The position numbers and the translations under genes are program-made. This document shows, in pieces, positions 1 through 8,385 of a stretch of 64,000 nucleotides of DNA (the stretch's first letter is position 1; each line of letters begins with the position of its first letter). The notes under the pieces were generated by a model. It had not been told where the DNA came from and searched no databases. It saw nothing but the letters and a program-made list of their open reading frames with translations. The DNA comes from an uncultured Clostridia bacterium (GTDB lineage: Bacteria; Bacillota; Clostridia; TANB77; CAG-465): positions 17,289-81,288 of the forward strand of contig CANRGL010000001.1 in NCBI GenBank assembly GCA_947630145.1. The letters run 5' to 3'.

Positions 1-980
1 ACCCATTGGTCAACGAGATGCTGATATGGACAAACAATAATAACAGCTAATTTTCCACTTAGGTCTTTATATAATTGTGTTATAGCACCTAAACCTGTAT
101 ATGTTTTTCCAGTTCCTGTTGCCATATCAAATATTCCACGATAATTTTTTTCTTTCCAATTAGCTATCGCATTTTTTTGATAATTATGCAATAATACATC
201 TGCAGGTATTTCAGGACAATTAGTAACTGATTTTAATTTATTAATTTTCTCAGATTGAATTGACTGCTTTATTTTACTTGTAAATTCTTTTTCATCAATA
301 TTCCAATCTACGCATTCTTTTTTATAAGATAATATTCTATCTTTTGCAACTTTTGGAAAATCATATGTTACTGCACTTGTATCTTCATTATTCCATAATT
401 TATCAAATGCTTTTTCTTTTATCATTACTCTATCATTATCTTCCCATGATGTAAAAACATCCACTATTTCATAATTACTTATAAAAGCATTTTCTGTTTC
501 ATTCATAGAACCAGAAAAAGCAATTATATTATTTTCATTATCATACATTAAGCCAAGTTTTTCATGATATAAGCCTAATTTTTCATCTTTTAGTGAAAAA
601 GCAATTTTAATATCCAATTTTTCCTCAGCAATTAATGTTGCTAATAAGTTAAGTCTTTCTTCTTCAAAATAATTTTGAGGCTCTGTTATATATTGTAATA
701 ATGCTCTTTCAATAATGTTTTCTCTAACTTCATATCCTTTATTAATTGCCTCTATATCTTCTTCTGATAAATTTGGAGATACTATTAATTGAATTTTACC
801 TTTATTGTTCACTAATTTACTTATTCCATAAGAGATTTCTAACAAAGAAGATGATGAAAAAAAGCCAACACTTCTTTTATATAAAACTGATTCTTTTAAC
901 AAAGGAATATAAAATTCATTAACAATATCATCTCGTGGAGTTCTATATTCTTTTTTTAAATTAATATCTAATAGACTCAT
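1..980 (-). CDS. PLD-like nuclease domain + SF2 (DEAD/DEAH-type) helicase, N-terminal part; gene continues beyond window start
   Basis: The minus-strand reading frame starts with ATG at 980 (MSLLDINLKKEY...). It has an HxK...D...GSxN PLD-like motif (HEKLGLMYDNENNIIAFSGSMN). A Walker A motif (MATGTGKTYTG) lies near 1. It is not in the ORF track because it is truncated by the window edge. Confidence 0.6.
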   Translation of the reverse strand, partial: MSLLDINLKKEYRTPRDDIVNEFYIPLLKESVLYKRSVGFFSSSSLLEISYGISKLVNNKGKIQLIVSPNLSEEDIEAINKGYEVRENIIERALLQYITEPQNYFEEERLNLLATLIAEEKLDIKIAFSLKDEKLGLYHEKLGLMYDNENNIIAFSGSMNETENAFISNYEIVDVFTSWEDNDRVMIKEKAFDKLWNNEDTSAVTYDFPKVAKDRILSYKKECVDWNIDEKEFTSKIKQSIQSEKINKLKSVTNCPEIPADVLLHNYQKNAIANWKEKNYRGIFDMATGTGKTYTGLGAITQLYKDLSGKLAVIIVCPYQHLVDQW

Positions 981-1005
981 TTTTTACCATCCTTACATTT
1001 ATATA

Positions 1006-2142
1006 TTATAAACTATTTAATGCATTAATTAAAGTATCAATATCATCCTTATTATTAAAATAATTTAACCCAACTCTTACTGTTCCACCATACTCAAGAG
1101 AACCTATAAATTCATGTATAAGAGGTGCACAATGAAACCCTGTCCTTACACATATATCAAATTCCTCATCTAATATTTTACCAACATCTTCAGAAGTATA
1201 CTTATCTACGCTAAAAGAAACAACTCCAAAAATTTTAGATAAATCATCTGGGGCATAAACATTAACTCCTTTTATAGACGACAACTGTTCTATTAAATAC
1301 ATTGTTAAGTTGCTTTCATGTTCAAATACTTTTACTTGATTTAGCCAGTCAATACTAACATTTAAACTAGATATAGCTACAATATTTGGGCTTCCAGCTT
1401 CATATCCTTCTGGGAAACTACACGGCATATTTGGATTCATGGTGTCTGAACCTGTTCCACCAAATATATTAGGTTTTATTATATCATCCTTTAATTTTAT
1501 ATACCCAGCTACTCCAAAAGAAGCATATAATGATTTATGACCTGCAAAAACAATATAATTTATATTACTATAATCGTTTATTTTTACAATACCATATCCT
1601 TGAGATGCATCTAATATGTTTATAGAATTATAGGTCTTTCCCAATTCAAATACCTCATTATAAGGAAGTAAATATCCTGTCACATTACTTACTTGTGAAA
1701 TAAAAATTGCAGCTGGATTATTTAAAATAAATAAATCTTTTGTTTTTTCGATATCTAATTTCCAAGTTTTATTATTAAATGGAAGTACCTTAATTGTAAT
1801 TTGTATTCTCTTTTTTAGTTCTTCTAATGGTCTTATTATAGAGTTATGTTCAAAAGGACTTACATAGACACAATCTCCTTTTTTTAAATTTATTCCAAAA
1901 ATAATATCATTTAAAGAACTGGTAGCAGAACTTGTAAAAACAACATTACCCTTATTTATATTGTTTAATTCTAAAATCTTCTTTCTAACATTTTCTTTTA
2001 TTATAGAAGCTTCTCGAGCAGGCTTATAACTTCCTCTTCCAGTGTTGAAAGCATTTCTATTTGCTCTATCTAATTCTTTATATACAATTTCTGGTTTTGG
2101 ATATGTAGTCGCTGCATTATCTAAATAAATCATATTGTACAC
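1006..2142 (-). CDS. class V aminotransferase / cysteine desulfurase (SspA/DndA/IscS-like)
   Basis: 378 aa. PLP-lysine motif HKSLYASFGVAGY and DASQ motif, fold V architecture. Lies 1 bp downstream of the big ATPase gene. Confidence 0.75.
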   Translation of the reverse strand: MYNMIYLDNAATTYPKPEIVYKELDRANRNAFNTGRGSYKPAREASIIKENVRKKILELNNINKGNVVFTSSATSSLNDIIFGINLKKGDCVYVSPFEHNSIIRPLEELKKRIQITIKVLPFNNKTWKLDIEKTKDLFILNNPAAIFISQVSNVTGYLLPYNEVFELGKTYNSINILDASQGYGIVKINDYSNINYIVFAGHKSLYASFGVAGYIKLKDDIIKPNIFGGTGSDTMNPNMPCSFPEGYEAGSPNIVAISSLNVSIDWLNQVKVFEHESNLTMYLIEQLSSIKGVNVYAPDDLSKIFGVVSFSVDKYTSEDVGKILDEEFDICVRTGFHCAPLIHEFIGSLEYGGTVRVGLNYFNNKDDIDTLINALNSL

Positions 2143-2143
2143 C

Positions 2144-5100
2144 TCACATATATTTTTTTATTATATTAACTAAAACACTTATCTTTTCTTTTTCTGTTAA
2201 AGAATCTCCGTATTCATTTATTACCTCTTCGATATTATTTCTCATAGTGTTTCCAATTGCTGAGATTTCATCATTTGAAATAATATATTTCTCTATTTTT
2301 TCACTACCATTAACTAGCAACAATTTATTACTTTCCTCTTTACAGTTACTTTTGTCATTTTTAACATTTTTTATATTTCCAATCATTTCTTTTAAATTTT
2401 CATTAAAACTTGTATAGTCACTTGGCTGCCAATCTTCTATATAAAATCCTGTTAAAATTTTTGCAATTTTCTCAATAACATCGTATTCGTCATGAGATGT
2501 TAAATTTCTAACATAATCTATAAATTCTTTTGTTCTAAATTCATAAATTACATACGAATTGTCTAATTCATTATCTTCATAAAATTCTTTTAATAAAGAT
2601 GTTAAACTTCCTTTAAAGCTTTTATTAAGAATTTCTTTTGTCTTAATAACCAACTTTTCTGAATATGTTGAAATAAAATTATCAAAGATTTTTTTCATAT
2701 TTTTAATTTCTTCTACTATCTTTAGATAATTAGTTGTATTAAATATATCACATAAAATTTTATACACAAATTCATTATTATTTATATCTGGCTTTAACAA
2801 TTCATTTTTTACATAGATATATTCTTCTTTTATTCCAAGATTATTAGTTTCTAAAGAATATTCTCTTAATATTCTTGGTAATGCTAAAACCCATCTTCTC
2901 ATATTATCTATTAGCTTTTTTAAATTTATTCTTTGAGTATCTAAATTAGGTACATCAAATATGTACATTAAATTTGACAAATATTTAATTTTATCTGCAG
3001 TTCCTTTTTCTGTTAATATAAAATATTTTTCTGGATTTTCATTTATTTTTATTAAATTAGTAGCATCTAAGTCTATTTCTTTATTCATGAAATAAATAAC
3101 AATTATATCTGAATAATTATATAAGGCCATTGAAATTAAAATAGGAATAATTCCTTTTCTAACAGCATATGGTTTACTTTGTAATTTTTTATATATTTTA
3201 TCAAATCCAATTTTATTGTTTTCACTTTCAGAAATAAATTTATTTATTAATTTAATAGTTTCACTTATAGATGGATTATTCTTTTTTTCAACAATAGCTT
3301 TATATATTGTTGCTTCAGCACTAGTTTTACTTTTTATTAAACTTTCATCATTATTTAATATTGTTTCTATTACTATATCTCTTGCTTTCTTTATAGGAGC
3401 AGACAGATCTCTTTTATTTATCATTTCATTATTGATAATAGGAGTTTTATCAAAAATTTTCATACATATATTTGATAAAAAAGCACTTATATTACTAACC
3501 TTTTTAAATGTCTCATTTTTATATAAATATTCTTGTATATTATCGTTTGAAAAGTACAATTTAACTTGTTCATTTATTGCCTCAATATTTTCCTTTTTTA
3601 TTAATTCTAATTCATTACCAATTTCATCTTTATTATTTGAATTTAAAATAAGATATTCTACTGCCCTATATTCCCTTAATAAAGAAATTATTGTTTTTGG
3701 AAAAATTGTTTTTGGTATTTTTAATACTACTTGTTCATTATTTTTTTTAGAGAAGTAATCTCTAATTTCTTGTATATTTCTTGACTCTCTTATTAAGTTT
3801 ATTACAATTCCATCACAATATTTTTTTTCAAATAATAAATCAAATTTACTTAAAGAAATAAGTTCTCTTTCATTCATAAATATATTGGAGAAAAATCTCG
3901 TAATTTTGAATTCTTCATTATATCTTCTTGGCAAAGAATAAATAGGATTAATAATCTCATTTAAAGTTCCTATTATATCTATGTCATAAAATTCAGACTC
4001 ACTTAATCTTTTTATTTCTTTTGATATTTCTCTATTATATATAGTTGAAAAATCTATTTCATTTGTAATTTTTTTTCGTTTTACTATGCTTTTTTCTATT
4101 AAATTTTCAATAGTTGTTTCATATTGTTCTTGAGATAAATTTAAAGATTCTTTTATTGTTTTATCATCTGGAATTAAATTTTCTAAATCATTTATCATAT
4201 ATATAATAGCTATTGATTTTATAATATTTTCTTCATTCTCACTTCTACACTTACTAATTGCATTTTCAGACTTAACCCATATCTCTTTTACATGTTGTTC
4301 GTTCTCTTTTTTTAACAGAGGTTTAAAATAATCATATATTTTATTTATATTAAATAAATCACCTGTGTTTTTTTCATTTTCTATAAAGCTTTTTAAACTA
4401 TTTGCATCATCATCAGTTAAAAAAGTAAATAATGTTCTTTCGTTCTGTGCAATTTTTTCAGATAGTTCAATAAGTGAATATGTAGTTATTGGATTAAGTG
4501 GAAAACATCCTTTAAATAGTATTTCTTCTATATTTTCGACATTTTTAAATATATTATTTTCTTTTAAATTATCATAAAAATTTACATTTTTATCATAGTA
4601 ATTATTATAATATTTTTCAAATCCTTCTTTTTTCTGTATTGCATAAGAAACTATTTCATAATTTTGTTCTAAACCTCTATTAAAGTATATTTCTTTAAAT
4701 CTGCCTTCAACAGTCTTGAATGCATTAGCTCTATCTTCATCTAAATTATTTGCGTATTGATTCATAGTCTTATGAGTTATGCAACTTAACAAAATTTGTT
4801 CATTATTTCCAGTTCTATTAGCTAATTCTGCAAAATCTTGCAATAATTTTAAATCTCTCATCATATGAGAATTATCCAAATATTCAAGAAATTTACTAAA
4901 TTCATCAAATACAATAAATATTCCTTTGTATCCTTTTTTTCCTAATTCGTAAGCCATATCTTTATAAGTTTTTATAATATCTGAATTAACTAGTGGATTA
5001 AACTCCTGGCCATGCAAAATACAACTATACACATTTTTAAAAATTTCGTAGTGCCTCTCCGAATAATTTTTTAATCCTTGTTTTAATTCTTTTAAATTAC

Positions 5101-5653
5101 AATCATACTCTTTCAAACATTTTTTTATTTCATCAATTGCATCCTTATAATTTTCTTCCCATTTTTCTATTACCTTTATAGCCACATCAAAATATGTATT
5201 TATAATTACATCTGATAATTTTTCTCTTTCAAGTGCTTCAGATAATGCTAACAAAAAAGCTTGATTTAAATCTCCATAATTACTATTTATTATTACTGGC
5301 ATTATTTTTTGTTTTTCTTTTCTTATTTTGCTAATCATTTCATATAATTCATTATCAATTTTTTTTATTTTTAAAATAAAATCATTTATATATGAAATAT
5401 CTTCTTTTTCATAGTCATCTAATAAAGTAATTAAAACAAGTAATAAATGTGACTTTCCTTTTCCGTAAGGTCCTATCAAAGTCGTAGCTCTATTTTTCCC
5501 ACTAATTATACTATTTAAATAACTTTTTAATAGCTCACATCCATCTTTTGTAGGTATATATTCTTTTAATTTTTCTATATTATTTATATCAAATTGTAAA
5601 TTTACTGAATATTGAAAATTTTCATTTACTCCTATTAAGTCTGTATATTTCAT
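2144..5653 (-). CDS. large P-loop NTPase, BrxC/PglY (DUF499)-like; candidate SspC-type ATPase
   Basis: 1169 aa with an N-terminal Walker A (LIGPYGKGKSHLL). Its size and P-loop context resemble BREX BrxC. It overlaps the upstream gene by 4 bp (ATGA), which suggests translational coupling. Confidence 0.5.
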   Translation of the reverse strand: MKYTDLIGVNENFQYSVNLQFDINNIEKLKEYIPTKDGCELLKSYLNSIISGKNRATTLIGPYGKGKSHLLLVLITLLDDYEKEDISYINDFILKIKKIDNELYEMISKIRKEKQKIMPVIINSNYGDLNQAFLLALSEALEREKLSDVIINTYFDVAIKVIEKWEENYKDAIDEIKKCLKEYDCNLKELKQGLKNYSERHYEIFKNVYSCILHGQEFNPLVNSDIIKTYKDMAYELGKKGYKGIFIVFDEFSKFLEYLDNSHMMRDLKLLQDFAELANRTGNNEQILLSCITHKTMNQYANNLDEDRANAFKTVEGRFKEIYFNRGLEQNYEIVSYAIQKKEGFEKYYNNYYDKNVNFYDNLKENNIFKNVENIEEILFKGCFPLNPITTYSLIELSEKIAQNERTLFTFLTDDDANSLKSFIENEKNTGDLFNINKIYDYFKPLLKKENEQHVKEIWVKSENAISKCRSENEENIIKSIAIIYMINDLENLIPDDKTIKESLNLSQEQYETTIENLIEKSIVKRKKITNEIDFSTIYNREISKEIKRLSESEFYDIDIIGTLNEIINPIYSLPRRYNEEFKITRFFSNIFMNERELISLSKFDLLFEKKYCDGIVINLIRESRNIQEIRDYFSKKNNEQVVLKIPKTIFPKTIISLLREYRAVEYLILNSNNKDEIGNELELIKKENIEAINEQVKLYFSNDNIQEYLYKNETFKKVSNISAFLSNICMKIFDKTPIINNEMINKRDLSAPIKKARDIVIETILNNDESLIKSKTSAEATIYKAIVEKKNNPSISETIKLINKFISESENNKIGFDKIYKKLQSKPYAVRKGIIPILISMALYNYSDIIVIYFMNKEIDLDATNLIKINENPEKYFILTEKGTADKIKYLSNLMYIFDVPNLDTQRINLKKLIDNMRRWVLALPRILREYSLETNNLGIKEEYIYVKNELLKPDINNNEFVYKILCDIFNTTNYLKIVEEIKNMKKIFDNFISTYSEKLVIKTKEILNKSFKGSLTSLLKEFYEDNELDNSYVIYEFRTKEFIDYVRNLTSHDEYDVIEKIAKILTGFYIEDWQPSDYTSFNENLKEMIGNIKNVKNDKSNCKEESNKLLLVNGSEKIEKYIISNDEISAIGNTMRNNIEEVINEYGDSLTEKEKISVLVNIIKKYM

Positions 5654-6507
5654 AGTATTCCTCCTTCGAAATATTCTTTCATAATATCCTCAAGAGATAA
5701 TTTCTTTTGAAAATAAACCATATTCAAGCCTGCAGTTCTGTTAATAATAATTAAATTATTTCTTTTCATTTCATCTAAATATTCGTTTATTAAATTTTTA
5801 TCCAAATTTAATAACTTAGCAGGACTATTATCTAATTTTAGTAGTTCATCTATGCTTATATAGTCCTTGTCATTTACAAGTTGCTCTATTAAGTAAAAAA
5901 CAATTAAATAGTTCAAATTTCTATAATCTGGTCTATTCCTTTCATAAGTATCTCTATCTATTTTCTTTATTAAATTTAAATCTGATAATGGTGATATAAA
6001 GTTATTTTCAGGATTATCAATTTTCTCATCAATAGCATATGTTTTTATTATCATGTTCACTTCATCTTGTAATATATTTTCATTATATTCTAGTTTTTCA
6101 TTTTTTAGATTTGTAACCAACTGCTCATAAATATCTCTTTTTGAAAATGACTTTCTTAAACATTTATTAAAAAACATATTATATATATAAGCATCATCTA
6201 AATTTAGCATCATATTAACATGTACTAGCCACCATGAAAATATATCTTCTAAATATGGATCATAATTCCCTATTAAATTTCCAAATTCTGATAGTTTTAT
6301 TTCTCTGTTTTCTTCTTTAATTAAGCAAGTAGCACTCATCCAATATTTTAACGATTTAACCATATTGTTTCCAATTCCCAATATGTCTGTTGCTTCTGCA
6401 GAAGAAAAAACTTTATTATTATTTTTTACATTTCTTATTCCTTTAGCCAGCCATCCTTCTCTTATTGAAAAGCTTTCATGTCTTTTCAGTTTCAATTTTA
6501 TATCCAT
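5650..6507 (-). CDS. hypothetical protein, possible SspB-like (DUF4007-like) component
   Basis: 285 aa with an N-terminal HESFSIREGWLAKG motif. It sits between the PAPS-reductase-like gene and the ATPase gene with 5 bp and -4 bp spacing. Confidence 0.3.
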   Translation of the reverse strand: MDIKLKLKRHESFSIREGWLAKGIRNVKNNNKVFSSAEATDILGIGNNMVKSLKYWMSATCLIKEENREIKLSEFGNLIGNYDPYLEDIFSWWLVHVNMMLNLDDAYIYNMFFNKCLRKSFSKRDIYEQLVTNLKNEKLEYNENILQDEVNMIIKTYAIDEKIDNPENNFISPLSDLNLIKKIDRDTYERNRPDYRNLNYLIVFYLIEQLVNDKDYISIDELLKLDNSPAKLLNLDKNLINEYLDEMKRNNLIIINRTAGLNMVYFQKKLSLEDIMKEYFEGGIL

Positions 6508-6512
6508 TCATA

Positions 6513-8264
6513 TTACCCCTTACCTTGTTTTGTTCTTAAAACTTTTTTCATATAACATCCACCACTAAAGTGTTTAACGCATTCTAGACAACTTACACAT
6601 TTATTTTCATCTATTTTATATAAAATATTAAAATTATCTCCGACTTGCTTATCTAAATGCTTTATTGTAATTGCATTAAATTTACAAACACTTTCACATG
6701 CCATACATGCTATACACGTTTGAAATTTTGTAACTTGGTTTTTTATTAACATTTCTGTATTCTTACTATTATTAAATATTTTTGTTTCTTTTAATACTGA
6801 TATTTTTAACAAGTTTTGACCAAATTTTCCCCTAAGTTTCAATATAGGTTCTTTTGTTTTCTTATCCAAAACATATACCTCTCCTAGTCTTTTATTTCCA
6901 ATGCTAAAATCAATTATTCCAAAAGGTTTAAATAATTCATATAAGTTACTATCAATAGTTTTATTTAGCTCGAAATTATATGTATTTTCTTCCAAAACAC
7001 ATGGCTTAAAGCTTAAAATAGCATTAGAACTATATTTTAAGCCATTTCCTCCTTGTCTAGCTTTCCAACCACCAGAATTAATATATTCTTTTGGATCAGG
7101 TTTTCCAACTTGAGTTGCAAAATCTAATAAAACATTATGAAATTTATCATATTGTTCTTTCATATATATATTTGATAAATATTCTGACCAAGAAGAATTA
7201 TTTGGGCAACACCAACATCCAACTCTTGAAAATCCTTTTCTATATGCACTGTTGAAAGGTATTTTTTTTGTTAATATATATAACCATACATCAAAATCTA
7301 ACCAATCTATAATTGGTGCAATAGTCTGTTGTTTTGTAATTTTTGTGCCTACACTTTCTCTTTCATATTTACTTCTTGCTAATGATTCATTCCTTCTTAA
7401 TCCTTGAAATGTTAAAATTTTTAATTTATCTTTAAATGTAGATTCAATTTTTCTAGTAATTGCACCTGTTTTAAATATTGTACAACACCATCTCATAACT
7501 CTACTAGGAGGTCCTATAACTTTGCACAATTCATTAAAATTTTGTTCCTTATTCTTAGCTATCAATAATGGAGTTGCAGGGTGAGATTTTTTAAATTCAT
7601 TTATATATTCTTTTGTTTCAGGATATTCTAGTGTAGTATCTCCATATATATGTATTATTTTTTCAGTATTAAGAGCATTTATAACTAAATCACTTGTAAC
7701 AGTTGAATCTTTTCCACCAGAAAAAGATACAAACATTGTGTCAATAGTATATTGATTTGTAATTTTTTTTATATAATCATGTGCCTCCGTAACTATAGCA
7801 TTATATCTTATTTTATTAGCTTCAATAAATTTCAAAATATATTGTTGATTAAAAAAATTATCTTCATATACTCTGTTTTTTTCTTTATTTTCTATTATCA
7901 TGTTTCTAATTTCATTTGCATCTTTATTTTCGATTATGTCTTTAATAACAAATCTGTGTTTCTTTCCATCAATAAAGTAGTTATTACCTGATGTATTCCA
8001 TATTGATTTTTCAGCATATTTAAAAGGTTCTCCCTCTATTACTTCTATCAATAATCTTTCTTCAGGAAAAACAGGTCTAATATCTGTCCCTATATATACA
8101 CCATCACCATTACATATAGAACATTTTTTTTCAAAAATAGGAATATTACAATTTTTACAATAATATATTTCTGATTTATCAACATATGTTCTTCCATTGC
8201 AAACAGGACATGTACTTGTTTCGCACATTAAATTATCACAATTATTACATACATATCTAATCAT
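6513..8264 (-). CDS. PAPS reductase-family PP-loop ATP pyrophosphatase (SspD/DndC-like) with N-terminal Zn-ribbons and C-terminal 2x[4Fe-4S] ferredoxin domain
   Basis: PP-loop SFSGGKDS. Cys clusters CWCCP and CxxC x4 at the N-terminus. C-terminal CIACMACESVC...CVSCLECVKH. The ORF extends to 8327 but AGGAGG + ATG (MIRYV) at 8264 is the likely start. Confidence 0.7.
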   Translation of the reverse strand: MIRYVCNNCDNLMCETSTCPVCNGRTYVDKSEIYYCKNCNIPIFEKKCSICNGDGVYIGTDIRPVFPEERLLIEVIEGEPFKYAEKSIWNTSGNNYFIDGKKHRFVIKDIIENKDANEIRNMIIENKEKNRVYEDNFFNQQYILKFIEANKIRYNAIVTEAHDYIKKITNQYTIDTMFVSFSGGKDSTVTSDLVINALNTEKIIHIYGDTTLEYPETKEYINEFKKSHPATPLLIAKNKEQNFNELCKVIGPPSRVMRWCCTIFKTGAITRKIESTFKDKLKILTFQGLRRNESLARSKYERESVGTKITKQQTIAPIIDWLDFDVWLYILTKKIPFNSAYRKGFSRVGCWCCPNNSSWSEYLSNIYMKEQYDKFHNVLLDFATQVGKPDPKEYINSGGWKARQGGNGLKYSSNAILSFKPCVLEENTYNFELNKTIDSNLYELFKPFGIIDFSIGNKRLGEVYVLDKKTKEPILKLRGKFGQNLLKISVLKETKIFNNSKNTEMLIKNQVTKFQTCIACMACESVCKFNAITIKHLDKQVGDNFNILYKIDENKCVSCLECVKHFSGGCYMKKVLRTKQGKG

Positions 8265-8385
8265 TTTATCTCCTCCTATTTTATCTAAAATCAAAAAAAT
8301 TATATCATATTTTTTTTGGAGAAACAATTAATAAATAAAAATTTTCTCCAGTTTTTAAAAAATTTATAGACTAGTCTAAATTAGC

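Noticed and set aside
3216-3758. Plus-strand ORFs inside large minus-strand genes (3216-3758, 4365-4577, 30605-30892, 33176-33514, 37805-38098, 47556-47924, 50008-51488, 54194-55731 and similar)
   Set aside because: They are Leu/Phe/Ile/Ser-rich antisense translations of AT-rich coding DNA. They have no RBS or motifs and are fully nested in well-supported genes. The identical pairs at 50-51 kb and 54-55 kb simply reflect the duplicated adhesin DNA.
2144-5653. I considered calling the 1169-aa ATPase DndD/SMC-like
   Set aside because: It has an N-terminal GxYGxGKSH-type P-loop and is a single large non-coiled-coil protein. I found no ABC signature or Walker B/D-loop pattern of SMC/DndD. A BrxC/DUF499-like call fits better but is unverified.
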